DNA of 64,000 nucleotides. Source: an uncultured Clostridia bacterium (GTDB lineage Bacteria; Bacillota; Clostridia; TANB77; CAG-508). The notes below the pieces were generated by a model. It was not told the origin of the DNA, did no database searches, and saw nothing but the letters and a program-made list of their open reading frames with translations. Position numbers and translations under genes: made by a program. The stretch spans positions 16,156 through 80,155 of the forward strand of contig CAUWEX010000003.1 of assembly GCA_963557965.1 (NCBI GenBank). Direction: 5' to 3'. Of this stretch, positions 47,155 to 57,683 are shown piece by piece (position 1 is the first letter of the stretch; each line of letters starts with the position of its first letter).

Positions 47155-49383
47155 TTAATTCATATTATTCGGATTTATGTCAATACCTATTCTGATGTCT
47201 TTTAAATCTTTTTTGTATACCTTTTCTAAGTATTCATTTAGAATGTTGTTTATTTCTTCTGTCATTTTAGTTTTTATAATTATTCTATATCTATACCTAT
47301 TTTGGATTTTGTCTATTGGTGCTGGCATTGGTTTAAACATATTGATATTTTTGTTTTTATATTCTATTTCATTTACTCTTTTAGTTAAATAATTATATGT
47401 TGATAACGAAATCTTTTTCAACTTCTCTTCATCTAAACCACTAAACCCAATTATTATTATATCGCAAAAAGGTGGATATTTCAACTGTTTTCTCAATGTG
47501 ATTTCTGTATTATAAAACATCTTATAATCTTGTTTTTGTGCACATTGTATACTAAAATTTTCTGGATTATAGGTTTGTATAATTACTTTTCCAGGTAACT
47601 TTTCTCTTCCTGCTCTTCCTGCGACTTGAGTTAAAATTTGAAAAGTCCTTTCATTAGCACGATAATCATCAATATTTAAAGAACTATCTGCTGCAATTAC
47701 TCCAACTAATGTTACATTTGGGAAATGATGTCCCTTTACTACCATTTGCGTTCCAATTAATATGTCAATATTTTCATTTTTAAATTTGTTTAAAATCTCT
47801 TCATGTGAATTCTTTTTAGTTACTGTATCTACATCCATTCTTATAGTTCTAGCATTGGGGAATTGCTTTTGAATTTCTTGTTCTAGCTTCTGAGTTCCCG
47901 TTCCAAAATATCTTATTTTTTCACTGTGGCATTCAGGACATACGGTTACAATATTTTGTTCATATCCACAATAATGACATTTCAATTTTTTTTCACTTCT
48001 ATGATATGTAAGACTAATATTGCAGTTTTTACATTTTACAGTATATCCGCAATCTCTACACATTATAAAGGTCGAATATCCTCTTCTATTTAAAAATAAA
48101 ATTGTTTGTCTTTTTTCTTTTAAATTTTCTTCTATGGAACTATATAATTCGTTACTTAACATTGAGCGATTTCCATTTGCTAATTCTTGCTTCAAATCTA
48201 TTATTGTAACTTCTGGCAAATTAGACAAATTAGCTCTTTTAGTTAATTCTATTAATTCTATTTCCTTTTTTTCTGTTGCTTTATAATATGTATCTATATT
48301 GGGTGTTGCACTTCCAAGTAACAATATCGACTTATGTTGTTTTGCTATATATTTTGCCACCTGTTTAGCATCATATTTAGGGTTCGATTCTGATTTATAT
48401 GAAGCATCATGTTCTTCATCTATTATTATAATTCCTAGATTTTTCAGTGGTGCAAAAATTGCTGAACGTGCCCCTATTACAATTTTTACATCATCTTCTT
48501 TTATTCTATTCCATTCGTCAAATCTTTCACCAATAGATAATTTGCTATGTAATACGGCAATTTTATCTTTTCCAAATCTTGAAATAAATCTATCTAACAT
48601 CTGTGGAGTTAATGATATTTCTGGAACCAATACTATTGCTGTCTTTTCACGTTTTATAGTTTCTTCTATTAATTGTAAATATATTTCTGTTTTTCCAGAT
48701 CCCGTAATCCCATGTAGTAAAAATTCACTATAGTGATTGTTTTCAATTTCTTCTTTTATTCTACAATATGCATATTCTTGTTCTTCTGTAAGATTTAGGT
48801 CTACTGTTCTTTCAATCTTTTTTGCTTTTAACGGATCTCTCTTTATTACTTTGTCTATTATTTCTAAATATCCGTTTTTCGCCAATGTTTTTACTATGGC
48901 TCTTGTACAGTTTGTTTGTTCTTCTATTTCTGGTATTGTTATTCCTTCATTTTTTGCAACAAATTCGAAAACTGCTTTTTGTTTTTCTGTTTTTAAATTT
49001 TCTATTTCTAATATTTCTTTTTTTAAATATACTGATTGTATCTTTTTATCTTTTGTTTTATTTTCTTTTGACTTAGTTCCAGGTGTTAACATTAATTTTA
49101 TACAATCTGACACATTACAAAAGTATTCTTTAGACATCCATTGAGCTAATTCTATCTGGTTTTCTGTTAGATTGTTCTCAACTTTTTCAATTTCTTTTAC
49201 TTTAAAATTCGATTTTTCTTTTATATTTACTACAAATGCTTCTTCTAATTTTCCACTTTTACCAAACGGAACTAAGACCTTACTTCCAATAAAAATAAGG
49301 TCTGTTAACTCTTTAGGTATAGCATAGTCAAAAGTTCTATTTAATTTTTTTGCAGTTCTATTTATTATAACTTCTGCTACCAT
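47155..49383 (-). CDS. priA: primosomal protein N' (replication restart helicase PriA)
   Basis: 742 aa. Walker A GITGSGKTE, DEEHD, Cys-rich insert CRDCGYTVKCKNC...CHYCGYEQ...CPEC. Confidence 0.9.
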   Translation of the reverse strand: MVAEVIINRTAKKLNRTFDYAIPKELTDLIFIGSKVLVPFGKSGKLEEAFVVNIKEKSNFKVKEIEKVENNLTENQIELAQWMSKEYFCNVSDCIKLMLTPGTKSKENKTKDKKIQSVYLKKEILEIENLKTEKQKAVFEFVAKNEGITIPEIEEQTNCTRAIVKTLAKNGYLEIIDKVIKRDPLKAKKIERTVDLNLTEEQEYAYCRIKEEIENNHYSEFLLHGITGSGKTEIYLQLIEETIKREKTAIVLVPEISLTPQMLDRFISRFGKDKIAVLHSKLSIGERFDEWNRIKEDDVKIVIGARSAIFAPLKNLGIIIIDEEHDASYKSESNPKYDAKQVAKYIAKQHKSILLLGSATPNIDTYYKATEKKEIELIELTKRANLSNLPEVTIIDLKQELANGNRSMLSNELYSSIEENLKEKRQTILFLNRRGYSTFIMCRDCGYTVKCKNCNISLTYHRSEKKLKCHYCGYEQNIVTVCPECHSEKIRYFGTGTQKLEQEIQKQFPNARTIRMDVDTVTKKNSHEEILNKFKNENIDILIGTQMVVKGHHFPNVTLVGVIAADSSLNIDDYRANERTFQILTQVAGRAGREKLPGKVIIQTYNPENFSIQCAQKQDYKMFYNTEITLRKQLKYPPFCDIIIIGFSGLDEEKLKKISLSTYNYLTKRVNEIEYKNKNINMFKPMPAPIDKIQNRYRYRIIIKTKMTEEINNILNEYLEKVYKKDLKDIRIGIDINPNNMN

Positions 49384-49402
49384 TTTGCTCCTCTTAAAGT
49401 AA

Positions 49403-49963
49403 TTATTTTTCCAACCAAGCTTTATATTCTTTTTCGATAATATCAGCAGTTTGCTCTGCTGTTAACTCTGTTGTGTCTATTACTAAGTCATAATTACTTT
49501 CATTTTCTTTTCTAACTTTGTATAGTTCCCAATATCTTTCATTTTCTAATCTGTATCTTTTTTCTATATCTGCTTTATGTTCTTCTATCGTTTCAAATTT
49601 TTCTGAATCTTTACGTGCTTCGTCATAAAAAGCTCTTCTAGCAGCAACATTTATATCAACTTTTAAATATACTTTAAAAGATTCTGGCACAGCATACCAC
49701 CCTAAACGTGCATCAATAATAAAATTGTCATGTTCTTTAGCATATTCTGCGGCACTATTTTCTATCTGTCTATCTATTTCTGGATGGTCTTTTACATATA
49801 TATTAAATGTTGTTACATCCATATTCATATCTTTTGCTAATTTTCTAAAGTAATCTCCATTTCTATATATTGTATAATTTAGTCTTTCCATTAAAACTCT
49901 AGAAGTTGAACCTTTTCCACTAGCCAACTCTCCACCTAAAGATATAATATGTTTCTTTTTCAT
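49403..49963 (-). CDS. cytidylate-kinase-like P-loop NMP kinase family protein
   Basis: 186 aa. P-loop ISLGGELASGKGS. The overall pattern resembles the cytidylate-kinase-2 family. Its start overlaps the rpoZ stop region. Confidence 0.6.
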   Translation of the reverse strand: MKKKHIISLGGELASGKGSTSRVLMERLNYTIYRNGDYFRKLAKDMNMDVTTFNIYVKDHPEIDRQIENSAAEYAKEHDNFIIDARLGWYAVPESFKVYLKVDINVAARRAFYDEARKDSEKFETIEEHKADIEKRYRLENERYWELYKVRKENESNYDLVIDTTELTAEQTADIIEKEYKAWLEK

Positions 49964-49964
49964 T

Positions 49965-50159
49965 TTATTGCTCCTCTATTTTTACTTTTCCTTCTGCTAT
50001 TTCCTCAGCAGCTATTGTTACTGGTTTTTCTTTATCCTCTTCTACTCTAGGTTCTGCTCCTGTCGCAATTTGTCTTGCACGTCTTGCTGTCGCTATAACT
50101 AATGCATATCTGTTTTCTGCTTTTTTTAATAATTCTGGAACACTTGGTTCTACTATCAT
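49965..50159 (-). CDS. rpoZ: DNA-directed RNA polymerase subunit omega
   Basis: 64 aa. NRYALVIATARRARQI. Confidence 0.85.
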   Translation of the reverse strand: MIVEPSVPELLKKAENRYALVIATARRARQIATGAEPRVEEDKEKPVTIAAEEIAEGKVKIEEQ

Positions 50160-50180
50160 TTTTATCCTCTCCTTTATATA

Positions 50181-50471
50181 TTAATCATTTGCAAGTGGCG
50201 CTTCTGCCATTTGCCTTGCTATTTCTTCATTTACAGCTCTATCCTCTAATCTTCCAGCTACAGTTTCAGGTTGAACAGCAGATAAAATAACATGTCCTGA
50301 GTCCATGATTAATACTGCTCTAGTTCTTCTTCCATATGTAGCATCTACTGCTGTTTTACTATCTTTTGCTTCTTGTACCATTCTTTTTATTGGTGCAGAT
50401 TCTGGACTTACTATGGCTACAATTCTTTGTGCTGATACAATATTTCCAAATCCTATATTGACTAATTTCAT
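50181..50471 (-). CDS. remA: RemA/DUF370-family regulator
   Basis: 96 aa. [30 protein letters not shown]...[19 protein letters not shown]. Confidence 0.85.
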   Translation of the reverse strand: MKLVNIGFGNIVSAQRIVAIVSPESAPIKRMVQEAKDSKTAVDATYGRRTRAVLIMDSGHVILSAVQPETVAGRLEDRAVNEEIARQMAEAPLAND

Positions 50472-50487
50472 AACCTCATATCCTTTC

Positions 50488-51363
50488 TTATTCTATGTTT
50501 TGTACTTGCTCTCTTAGGTTCTCTATTTCTGTTTTCATTTCTATTACACTATTTGTAACTTCTAAACTGTTTGATTTAGAGCCTATTGTGTTTGTTTCCC
50601 TATTCATCTCCTGTATAATAAAGTCCATTTTTTTGCCCTCTGCTTCATCTGATTTCAGTAATTCTTTAAATTGTTTTATGTGGCTATTTAGTCTTGTGAT
50701 TTCTTCTTGTATTGAACATTTATCTGCATAAATCACCACTTCTTGTGCTAGTCTATTTTTGTCTAGCTCACTTGCTCCCAGAAGCTCTTTTAATCTTTCT
50801 TCTAATTTTACTACATATTCTTCAATAAGTCCAGTAGAAAATTTGTCTAATTCGTTTATTTTTTCTTGGATATTGTCTAATCTATTGTTTAGGTCTTCTG
50901 CAAGTTTAATTCCCTCTTTTTTTCTCATCTCTACTAAACTTTCTATAGCTTTTATTACAACTTCTGCCATTTCTTTTTTTATCATCTCATCATCTTGAGA
51001 ATTTTGAATTGTTAAAACTTCTGGATATTTTGCAATATCATTTACTTGTATATCTGCAAGAATATTTTCTGTTTCTGCAAGTTTTTTTAATTCTATAATA
51101 TATGCTTTTGCAAGTTCATTATTAATTTTTATGTTTCTTCCTTCCATACTATCATTTTGAAAAGAAACAAAAACATCGACTTTGCCTCTTTTTATTTTTT
51201 TACTTATTTCTCTTTTTATTAATTCTTCTAAATAACTAATTTGTCTTGGCAATTTCACTGTTATATCTAAATATCTATGATTTACAGATTTCATTTCCAC
51301 TTCATATTCTCGTTGTTCTTTAGTTATTCTAGCTTTTCCATATCCTGTCATGCTTCTAATCAT
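50488..51363 (-). CDS. yicC: YicC-family stress-induced protein
   Basis: 291 aa. [11 protein letters not shown] ... SVNHRYLD ... [13 protein letters not shown]. Confidence 0.85.
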   Translation of the reverse strand: MIRSMTGYGKARITKEQREYEVEMKSVNHRYLDITVKLPRQISYLEELIKREISKKIKRGKVDVFVSFQNDSMEGRNIKINNELAKAYIIELKKLAETENILADIQVNDIAKYPEVLTIQNSQDDEMIKKEMAEVVIKAIESLVEMRKKEGIKLAEDLNNRLDNIQEKINELDKFSTGLIEEYVVKLEERLKELLGASELDKNRLAQEVVIYADKCSIQEEITRLNSHIKQFKELLKSDEAEGKKMDFIIQEMNRETNTIGSKSNSLEVTNSVIEMKTEIENLREQVQNIE

Positions 51364-51364
51364 T

Positions 51365-51994
51365 TTATTTTACCTCTTTTTTACTTTTCTTTTTCTTTCT
51401 AGTTTCCGTCTTTGTTTTTCCTTTATTTTTACTTTGTGGCTCTTCGCTACTTCTTTCTTTTTTATTGGTAACTTCTTTCTCTTCTTTTTGTTTTACTTTC
51501 TTTGTACTGCTCTTATTTTCTGTTTCTTCTTGTTTTGTATTTTTTTCTTTTGCTTTTTCGTTCTTCTTAATAGCTTCTTTTTTTACAGGCTCATCTTTTA
51601 CAATTTCTGAAATATCACTTAAATTTTTTAGAGCTTTTCTTCTATCTAACGTATATATAATTATTGCTTTTAATATATAATATAATGAAAATATTCCTGC
51701 TGAAATCACTAAATATTTAATTAAGTCATATTTAAAAAATGTTATTACATGCATTATTGATAATGAGTGCATTGATAGTACTAGCAATTCAATTCCAGTT
51801 ATTGCAAATATTCCACTATCTTTCTTATATGCCCTTTCTATTGTTAAAATTCCTAAGACTAGAAACATACCTGCAAATACTTGTATATCCACCATTAATC
51901 TTTCTATGTTCATTTTATATGATGCAAATCCTAATACCGCAAAATAACAAATTATTCCTACAGCTTTTAGTAAATTACTTGATACTTTTTTCAT
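51365..51994 (-). CDS. polytopic membrane protein with a Lys-rich C-terminal tail, function unknown
   Basis: 209-aa ORF with four hydrophobic segments followed by a K/E-rich ~85-aa tail. Confidence 0.55.
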   Translation of the reverse strand: MKKVSSNLLKAVGIICYFAVLGFASYKMNIERLMVDIQVFAGMFLVLGILTIERAYKKDSGIFAITGIELLVLSMHSLSIMHVITFFKYDLIKYLVISAGIFSLYYILKAIIIYTLDRRKALKNLSDISEIVKDEPVKKEAIKKNEKAKEKNTKQEETENKSSTKKVKQKEEKEVTNKKERSSEEPQSKNKGKTKTETRKKKKSKKEVK

Positions 51995-52005
51995 TTATTT
52001 TCCTC

Positions 52006-52758
52006 CTAATTTTCCAATTCATACATGATAATACTTAGCACATTTAATGCAACAGTTTCTGTTCTTAATATTCTTTTACCAAGTGATATTGTAATTGCTC
52101 CATAACTTTGTAATAGTTCTACTTCTTCAGGCGCAATTCCCCCTTCTGGACCTATTAAAACTCCTACTTTTATTTCATCTTTTCCACATTCTTCTTTTAA
52201 TTCTTGTAGACTCTGTTTTATACTTTTCTCTTTTTCGTTTTCATAGGCAATTAACAAAGCATCATATTCTTTTATCAAACTGCAAATGTCCCTTGTATGA
52301 ATAACTGATTTTATCTCTGGTATTAAATTTCGTCCACATTGCTTTGCTGCAACTTCTGAAATTTTTTGCCATCTTTGTATTTTTTTATCTTTATCCTTTG
52401 CTTGAAGTTTTACTATGCTTCTTTTCATCTCTACTGGTATTATATCACACGCACCTAATTCTACTGATTTTTGTATTACTAATTCCATTTTGTCAGCCTT
52501 AGGTAATCCTTGAAATATTGATACTTTTACGTTGCCTTCTGTTTGCTTTTCCAATTCTGCTATAATAATACAATCGATATTTTCTTTTGTTATACTATTT
52601 ATAAAACACAAATAATCTTTTTCTTTTGTGGTATTACAAATTGTAATTTCATCTTTTACTTTTTTTCTTAATACATTTTTTATGTGATTCACATCGTGTC
52701 CTATTATATTTATATGATTTCCTTCCATTTGTTCGTCTGTTACAAAAAATTTTGGCAT
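52006..52758 (-). CDS. rsmE: 16S rRNA (uracil1498-N3)-methyltransferase
   Basis: 250 aa. N-terminus PKFFV, and a C-terminal IGPEGGIAPEEV ... LGKRILRTETVAL SPOUT knot. Confidence 0.85.
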   Translation of the reverse strand: MPKFFVTDEQMEGNHINIIGHDVNHIKNVLRKKVKDEITICNTTKEKDYLCFINSITKENIDCIIIAELEKQTEGNVKVSIFQGLPKADKMELVIQKSVELGACDIIPVEMKRSIVKLQAKDKDKKIQRWQKISEVAAKQCGRNLIPEIKSVIHTRDICSLIKEYDALLIAYENEKEKSIKQSLQELKEECGKDEIKVGVLIGPEGGIAPEEVELLQSYGAITISLGKRILRTETVALNVLSIIMYELEN

Positions 52759-52874
52759 TTCTTTTCTCCTTTATACAATGGCTATTATATCATACAATTA
52801 TTAGTTTTTCTACAAAAAAAGAAATTATATTAAACTTAATTAATATAATTTCTTTTTTTGTTTTATACCTTTTA

Positions 52875-53414
52875 TTAATAATTTTCAGCTTTTATTTCAA
52901 AATATGCTTTTGGATGGCTACAAACTGGGCAAACTTCAGGAGCTGATTTTCCTATTACTATATGTCCACAATTTCTACATTTCCAAATTCTATCACCGTC
53001 GCGGCTAAATACTAATCCGCCTTCAACATTTTCGATTAATTTTTTGTATCTTGCTTCGTGTTCTTTTTCTACTTGTCCAACAGCTTCGAATAAATATGCG
53101 ATATGGTCAAATCCTTCTTCTTTAGCTTCTTTAGCCATTCTATCATACATATCTGTCCATTCATAATTTTCTCCTTCTGCTGCGGCCGTTAAGTTTTCTA
53201 ATGTTGATTTTACTTCTCCACCTTGTAATAATTTGAACCACAATTTTGCATGTTCCTTTTCGTTATCTGCTGTTTCTTGGAATATAGCAGCAATTTGTTC
53301 ATATCCTTCTTTTTTTGCTTTGCTTGCAAAGTATGTATATCTATTTCTTGCTTGTGATTCACCAGCAAATGCTTCCATTAAATTTTTCTCTGTTTTTGTT
53401 CCTTTTAAATCCAT
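52875..53414 (-). CDS. rbr: rubrerythrin
   Basis: 179 aa. Ferritin-like di-iron motifs (E-x2-H pairs) plus a C-terminal rubredoxin WKCRNCGH...CPVCSHP. Confidence 0.9.
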   Translation of the reverse strand: MDLKGTKTEKNLMEAFAGESQARNRYTYFASKAKKEGYEQIAAIFQETADNEKEHAKLWFKLLQGGEVKSTLENLTAAAEGENYEWTDMYDRMAKEAKEEGFDHIAYLFEAVGQVEKEHEARYKKLIENVEGGLVFSRDGDRIWKCRNCGHIVIGKSAPEVCPVCSHPKAYFEIKAENY

Positions 53415-53605
53415 TATAAATTCCTCCTTGTTATTTATTTTACATGCCTATTTTATATTATAATTCACTAAAAGTCAAGAATTCTTTTCCATATTCATTG
53501 CTCTCAAAATTTATTTTATGCAAAGAAAAAGAAGTATGCATCTAAATGCATACCTCTTTTTCTTTGGAGCTTCTATAGGGAATATGATTAGATATCAAGC
53601 CTCTA

Positions 53606-54001
53606 TCACATTTTCCCTTGTACAACTTTCCCCATCAGCCTCTTAGGAACTTCAATCCTAATTCGTTCCAGTTCCGCTTTTTCCTGACAATCGCTTCCTT
53701 CAAAACAACTTGCATGTATCATGAGAACGCCCTCGTGCGCTTCTGTCTCTATATAAGGTCTTGGATTGCCTTCTACAATCTTTCCTTCAAGAGAAACACG
53801 AATAGAATCCTCATCTTGCTCTGTAACTTGCAACGCAATAGTATTCGCACTCATGATAATTTTTTCAATTTCGCGAATTTCCGTTATCACTGGATAAAAC
53901 AATAGAAAATTTTTGCCAGGCTTTTGGTCAGTTGCTTCAACCCTCTGCACCTTGGCATTTATACGCTTGCTTTTCCCAAAGTGCTTTCTTAATTTGAACA
54001 T
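53606..54001 (-). CDS. hypothetical protein in a second G+C-rich islet downstream of tRNA-Leu
   Basis: 131-aa ORF with RBS GGAGAG. One line counted at 45% G+C. I recognise no family. Confidence 0.5.
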   Translation of the reverse strand: MFKLRKHFGKSKRINAKVQRVEATDQKPGKNFLLFYPVITEIREIEKIIMSANTIALQVTEQDEDSIRVSLEGKIVEGNPRPYIETEAHEGVLMIHASCFEGSDCQEKAELERIRIEVPKRLMGKVVQGKM

Positions 54002-54072
54002 CTTCTCTCCAATCTTGTTACTGTTCTATTACAATAGAACTTACTATGCTTAGTGCTAAAACACTTATTTAC

Positions 54073-54101
54073 ATTATAGCACGTTTTACATAAAATTGCA
54101 A
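54073..54101 (-). promoter_or_regulatory. near-consensus sigma-A promoter for the second G+C-rich ORF
   Basis: Minus strand reads TTGCAA (54096-54101), a 17-nt spacer, then TGC-TATAAT (54073-54081). An 8+8-bp palindrome GTTCTATT-ac-AATAGAAC (54023-54040) lies in the leader. Confidence 0.55.
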
Positions 54102-54238
54102 AAATATCTCATTAATCCCTTATACAATAACCTTCAAATTTCTTTAACTCTAAAATCTTATTGCATTAGTTTTCAAGAAATAAAACCTTGCAGGTGTTGA
54201 TATTTCAACATTTACAAGGTCTTTTCTTATATTTGTTT

Positions 54239-54321
54239 TGGTGCCGATGGTGGGACTCGAACCCACATGGTTTCCCGCACGATTTTGAGTCGTGTGCGTC
54301 TGCCAATTCCGCCACATCGGC
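54239..54321 (-). tRNA. tRNA-Leu (anticodon CAA), CCA encoded
   Basis: Reverse complement GCCGATGTGGCGGAATTGGCAGACGCACACGACTCAAAATCGTGCGGGAAACCATGTGGGTTCGAGTCCCACCATCGGCACCA. It has a 7-bp acceptor stem, anticodon stem CACGA/TCGTG with loop CTCAAAA, a long variable arm and a GGTTCGAGTCC T-loop. Confidence 0.9.
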
Positions 54322-54380
54322 ATGTATGTTTCGTAATAAATTATTACGAAACATATCTTAACACATATTCCTATAAAAGT

Positions 54381-56714
54381 CTAGTCATTTTGTGTTTTAT
54401 TTTCTAGTATTTTCTTTACTTCTGCACTTAATTCAAAAACATTAATAGTTTTTATATTCATATTAGAAAAATCATCTGCTTCATTTTCAGGCTGTGCTAC
54501 TTTAAACTTTGTTTGATTTTCCACTTTTAAATTTAATCTTGCAATATCAACTAATATATTGTTAGATAAATCTTGTCCTTCTGGAAGAGTTTTATTTTGA
54601 TTATCATAAAAAATACAATTTGTATAACTTATTGCATTAGCTCCTGCTGGTAAATTTATTTTATAAAAATTTATTTTACTGTTTCCATTTTGTAGTACAT
54701 TTTTTATTTCTTCTTCAGGGTTTATATTAAATATATTAATTTTTTTATCGTCTAATTTGTTATCCATTATTGCTTTATATACTGGTATCTCCTCAGGTAC
54801 AACTACTTTGTTCAGTGCTTCCTTGATATTATTAATAACATTTTCTAATGACATCTTGAACCCTATTTGTTTAGTTGTTTTACTAATTTCCAAAATATTA
54901 AATTTATCTTTTGGCATTTCTCTATGTTTTTTATTGTTTATCTTAGAAACTCTTGTGCCGTCCTGTAACATTCCTCCGAATATATCAAACTCTTCATTTG
55001 TTAATGTTTTTTCCTCTATCGCCTCTTTTTTAATTTCCTTCAATACATTTTCAATATCTTTAGGCACAAGATCATTTAACTTAATTTTATTTAACAATGG
55101 CAATAGCTCAGTTGTTGTAATATATATACTATCTGTTTCCTCTTTATTTAAATTTTTCCTCTGCATTTTGTCCATTGTCTTACCAAATTTTTCGATATCT
55201 TCATTATAGTCAAAAACTTTTGTTATTTTTCTTATCACATTAACTTCTTCCGCTTCTCCTTCAGGCAATGAACTCATCTCATCTTTATTGCTATATTTCC
55301 AAAATTCAAATATGCTCTTTTTATGACTATCAATTTCAGCTATGTATGCAGTTGCATTTTCGATTTTTTTCTGCATATTTTTGTTTTTTAGTTTTAAACT
55401 ATTTATATCCATTAGCAAATTTTTCATTTCTTTCTCTTTTTCATTAATTGTTTTGTATAATTCCAACAATTCTTCTATATTATAATTTGCCTTAACCTTT
55501 TTCTTTTTTGGAAGCTCTTCATTGTCGTCTGTTGCTTCATCTTCTATCTGTATTGGATTAGATTCTTCATTTTTCATTTTGTTTTTTTGATTTTTTTTGC
55601 TATATTTGAAGAAATATTTAAATTTCCCAAAAAATGTTTTTTTACATTCTAAAAATGTTGATATCTGTTTTTCTTTTGCTAAGTATTCAATTTCTTGTGA
55701 TGCTATTTCTACTTTTAAGTTTTGTAATCTACTTTCATTGTTTTTTATCGTCTCTTCTATATTATCTAGTTTTTCTTCTCCCAACTGATATTCATCTTTT
55801 ATCCATTTAGCTATATCTTGATATTCTATTTTTCTATCTTCTAAGTAGAACTCGATTTCACCACTTTTTCCTATATCCGTTCTAAAGAAAAAATAATGTG
55901 GCAATTCTGTTTGAAGTATAAACATTGCTTTTAATAATTTGTAAAATTGAGTTGCTTTTTCTGCATCTTCTAATTTTATTTTATATTGACTTTTTATTTT
56001 TTGATATACTTCTGTTTCTCCTACAATTTGAACACTTAAATTTCCTTTTTTGTCATATACTTCATATATCAATGGCCAGTCTTTAGTAAATAGCCATAAA
56101 TAATTTTCAATATCTTCAAATTCTGCTCTTTTCAAAAATTCTGTACTATAATCCACATTACGAATTGGAACAAAGATTTTCGCACCTCTTTTTTTCTCAA
56201 TTTGTTTTTTTATTAAATAAAAAAATGTAGAATAATCAGAATCTTCTGTTGGGACTAACATAAAATATTTATCTGTATTTTCAGAATAATATATTTGCCA
56301 TAAATAGTTATTTTCATATTTCACTTTAAATGGTATTTTTTTAGCTAACTTATCTTGCTCTTCTTCAATCTTTTCTACTTCTTCTATACTAAATTGATTT
56401 AGCATATTTAAGAACGTAGTATAATTTATGATATTTTCTTCAGTTTCATTGTCTAGGTAGCTAGATAATGGCTTTGCTTTTTTATATTTTTCTTCTATGC
56501 TATCCAATCTATGTGTTGGAGAAAGTAAAATTTGAATATCTTTTATCGGCACATATCTATATTGTTTATATTGCTTTTCATCATAAAATTTAGGTATTCT
56601 AAATTCTAAAGGTCTATATTTTTTGAATTCTTTTGGTATATCATTTAAGTCTAGACCAATATATTCTAATTTTTCTTCTATACTTTTATTTTTATCAGTA
56701 GTTTTTTTAGGCAA
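54381..56714 (-). CDS. large (777 aa) coiled-coil-containing protein of unknown function
   Basis: Long ORF with a TTG start 7 nt after the RBS AAGGGAG. It has a globular N-terminal ~300 aa, a central K/E-rich coiled coil with an amphipathic FFGKFKYFFKY segment, and a globular C-terminus. I recognise no motif. Confidence 0.6.
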   Translation of the reverse strand: MPKKTTDKNKSIEEKLEYIGLDLNDIPKEFKKYRPLEFRIPKFYDEKQYKQYRYVPIKDIQILLSPTHRLDSIEEKYKKAKPLSSYLDNETEENIINYTTFLNMLNQFSIEEVEKIEEEQDKLAKKIPFKVKYENNYLWQIYYSENTDKYFMLVPTEDSDYSTFFYLIKKQIEKKRGAKIFVPIRNVDYSTEFLKRAEFEDIENYLWLFTKDWPLIYEVYDKKGNLSVQIVGETEVYQKIKSQYKIKLEDAEKATQFYKLLKAMFILQTELPHYFFFRTDIGKSGEIEFYLEDRKIEYQDIAKWIKDEYQLGEEKLDNIEETIKNNESRLQNLKVEIASQEIEYLAKEKQISTFLECKKTFFGKFKYFFKYSKKNQKNKMKNEESNPIQIEDEATDDNEELPKKKKVKANYNIEELLELYKTINEKEKEMKNLLMDINSLKLKNKNMQKKIENATAYIAEIDSHKKSIFEFWKYSNKDEMSSLPEGEAEEVNVIRKITKVFDYNEDIEKFGKTMDKMQRKNLNKEETDSIYITTTELLPLLNKIKLNDLVPKDIENVLKEIKKEAIEEKTLTNEEFDIFGGMLQDGTRVSKINNKKHREMPKDKFNILEISKTTKQIGFKMSLENVINNIKEALNKVVVPEEIPVYKAIMDNKLDDKKINIFNINPEEEIKNVLQNGNSKINFYKINLPAGANAISYTNCIFYDNQNKTLPEGQDLSNNILVDIARLNLKVENQTKFKVAQPENEADDFSNMNIKTINVFELSAEVKKILENKTQND

Positions 56715-56735
56715 TGTTTTTCTCCCTTCATTTCT

Positions 56736-57662
56736 TTATTTTATTATTTCATAAAAGTTTTTAAATTCAAATCCTTTATCTCGTAATAAGTGTATTATCT
56801 GTGGTAACGTATCAGCAGTAGTTTTTTTCGCTGGTGAATCATGCATTAAAATAACTACACTATTTTTATTACCTACAGTATTATTTAATCTTGACAATTC
56901 AAACTCAGGTGTTAATTTATTAGTTTCAGCATCCCCATTTAATGCATTCCAATCTATATGAACTATATTATTTTGACTTAAAAGTTCTTCTGCTTGCTTT
57001 TTTACCTCTGCATATTTTCCACCAGCTAGTCCTCCTGGAAATCTAAACAAATGTGAATTGTACTCAGGTTCTCCTAATGCATTTTTTACAGCTTCATTAC
57101 ACATATTGTATTCTGCTAGCACTGCTTCTTGTGAACTATATATTTCAGAATACACATGAGAATATCCATGATTTGCTATATAGTGTCCTTCATCGTACAT
57201 TCTTTTTATTAAGCCTGGATTATGTTCTACTTTAGAACCTAATACGAAAAATGTTGCTTTTACATTTTCGCTTTTTAGAACATCTAGAATTTGTCCAGTA
57301 ACCGCAGATGGTCCATCATCAAATGTTAAAAATGCTCGTTTTGTATCAGAATGATAAATTTGTGTCATATTTTGCTTGCCTTCTTCTGTCAGTTTTGGAA
57401 GTTTAGCTTGCCTTTCAGCTTCTCTTCTAGCTTCTTCTACCGCCTTCTTTTCTGCTTCTTGTTGATTAAGTGCAATAAGTTGTTCTTCATATTTTTTATA
57501 TACATGATAGTTTCTTATTGTATTTCCAACATTTATAATAATTAAAATAAGACATATAGCTGATAATAAAATAAATACTGCTAAAAAAATTTTTTTCTTA
57601 TCAATTTTATCACTTGTATCAAATTTATATACATCTAAATTTTCTTTGCCGTCATTTACCAT
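56736..57662 (-). CDS. membrane-anchored polysaccharide deacetylase (NodB/CE4 family)
   Basis: 308 aa with an N-terminal TM. LTFDDGPS, NHGYSH, LMHD motifs. Confidence 0.8.
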   Translation of the reverse strand: MVNDGKENLDVYKFDTSDKIDKKKIFLAVFILLSAICLILIIINVGNTIRNYHVYKKYEEQLIALNQQEAEKKAVEEARREAERQAKLPKLTEEGKQNMTQIYHSDTKRAFLTFDDGPSAVTGQILDVLKSENVKATFFVLGSKVEHNPGLIKRMYDEGHYIANHGYSHVYSEIYSSQEAVLAEYNMCNEAVKNALGEPEYNSHLFRFPGGLAGGKYAEVKKQAEELLSQNNIVHIDWNALNGDAETNKLTPEFELSRLNNTVGNKNSVVILMHDSPAKKTTADTLPQIIHLLRDKGFEFKNFYEIIK

Positions 57663-57683
57663 TTTATACCCTCTACTTTTTTA

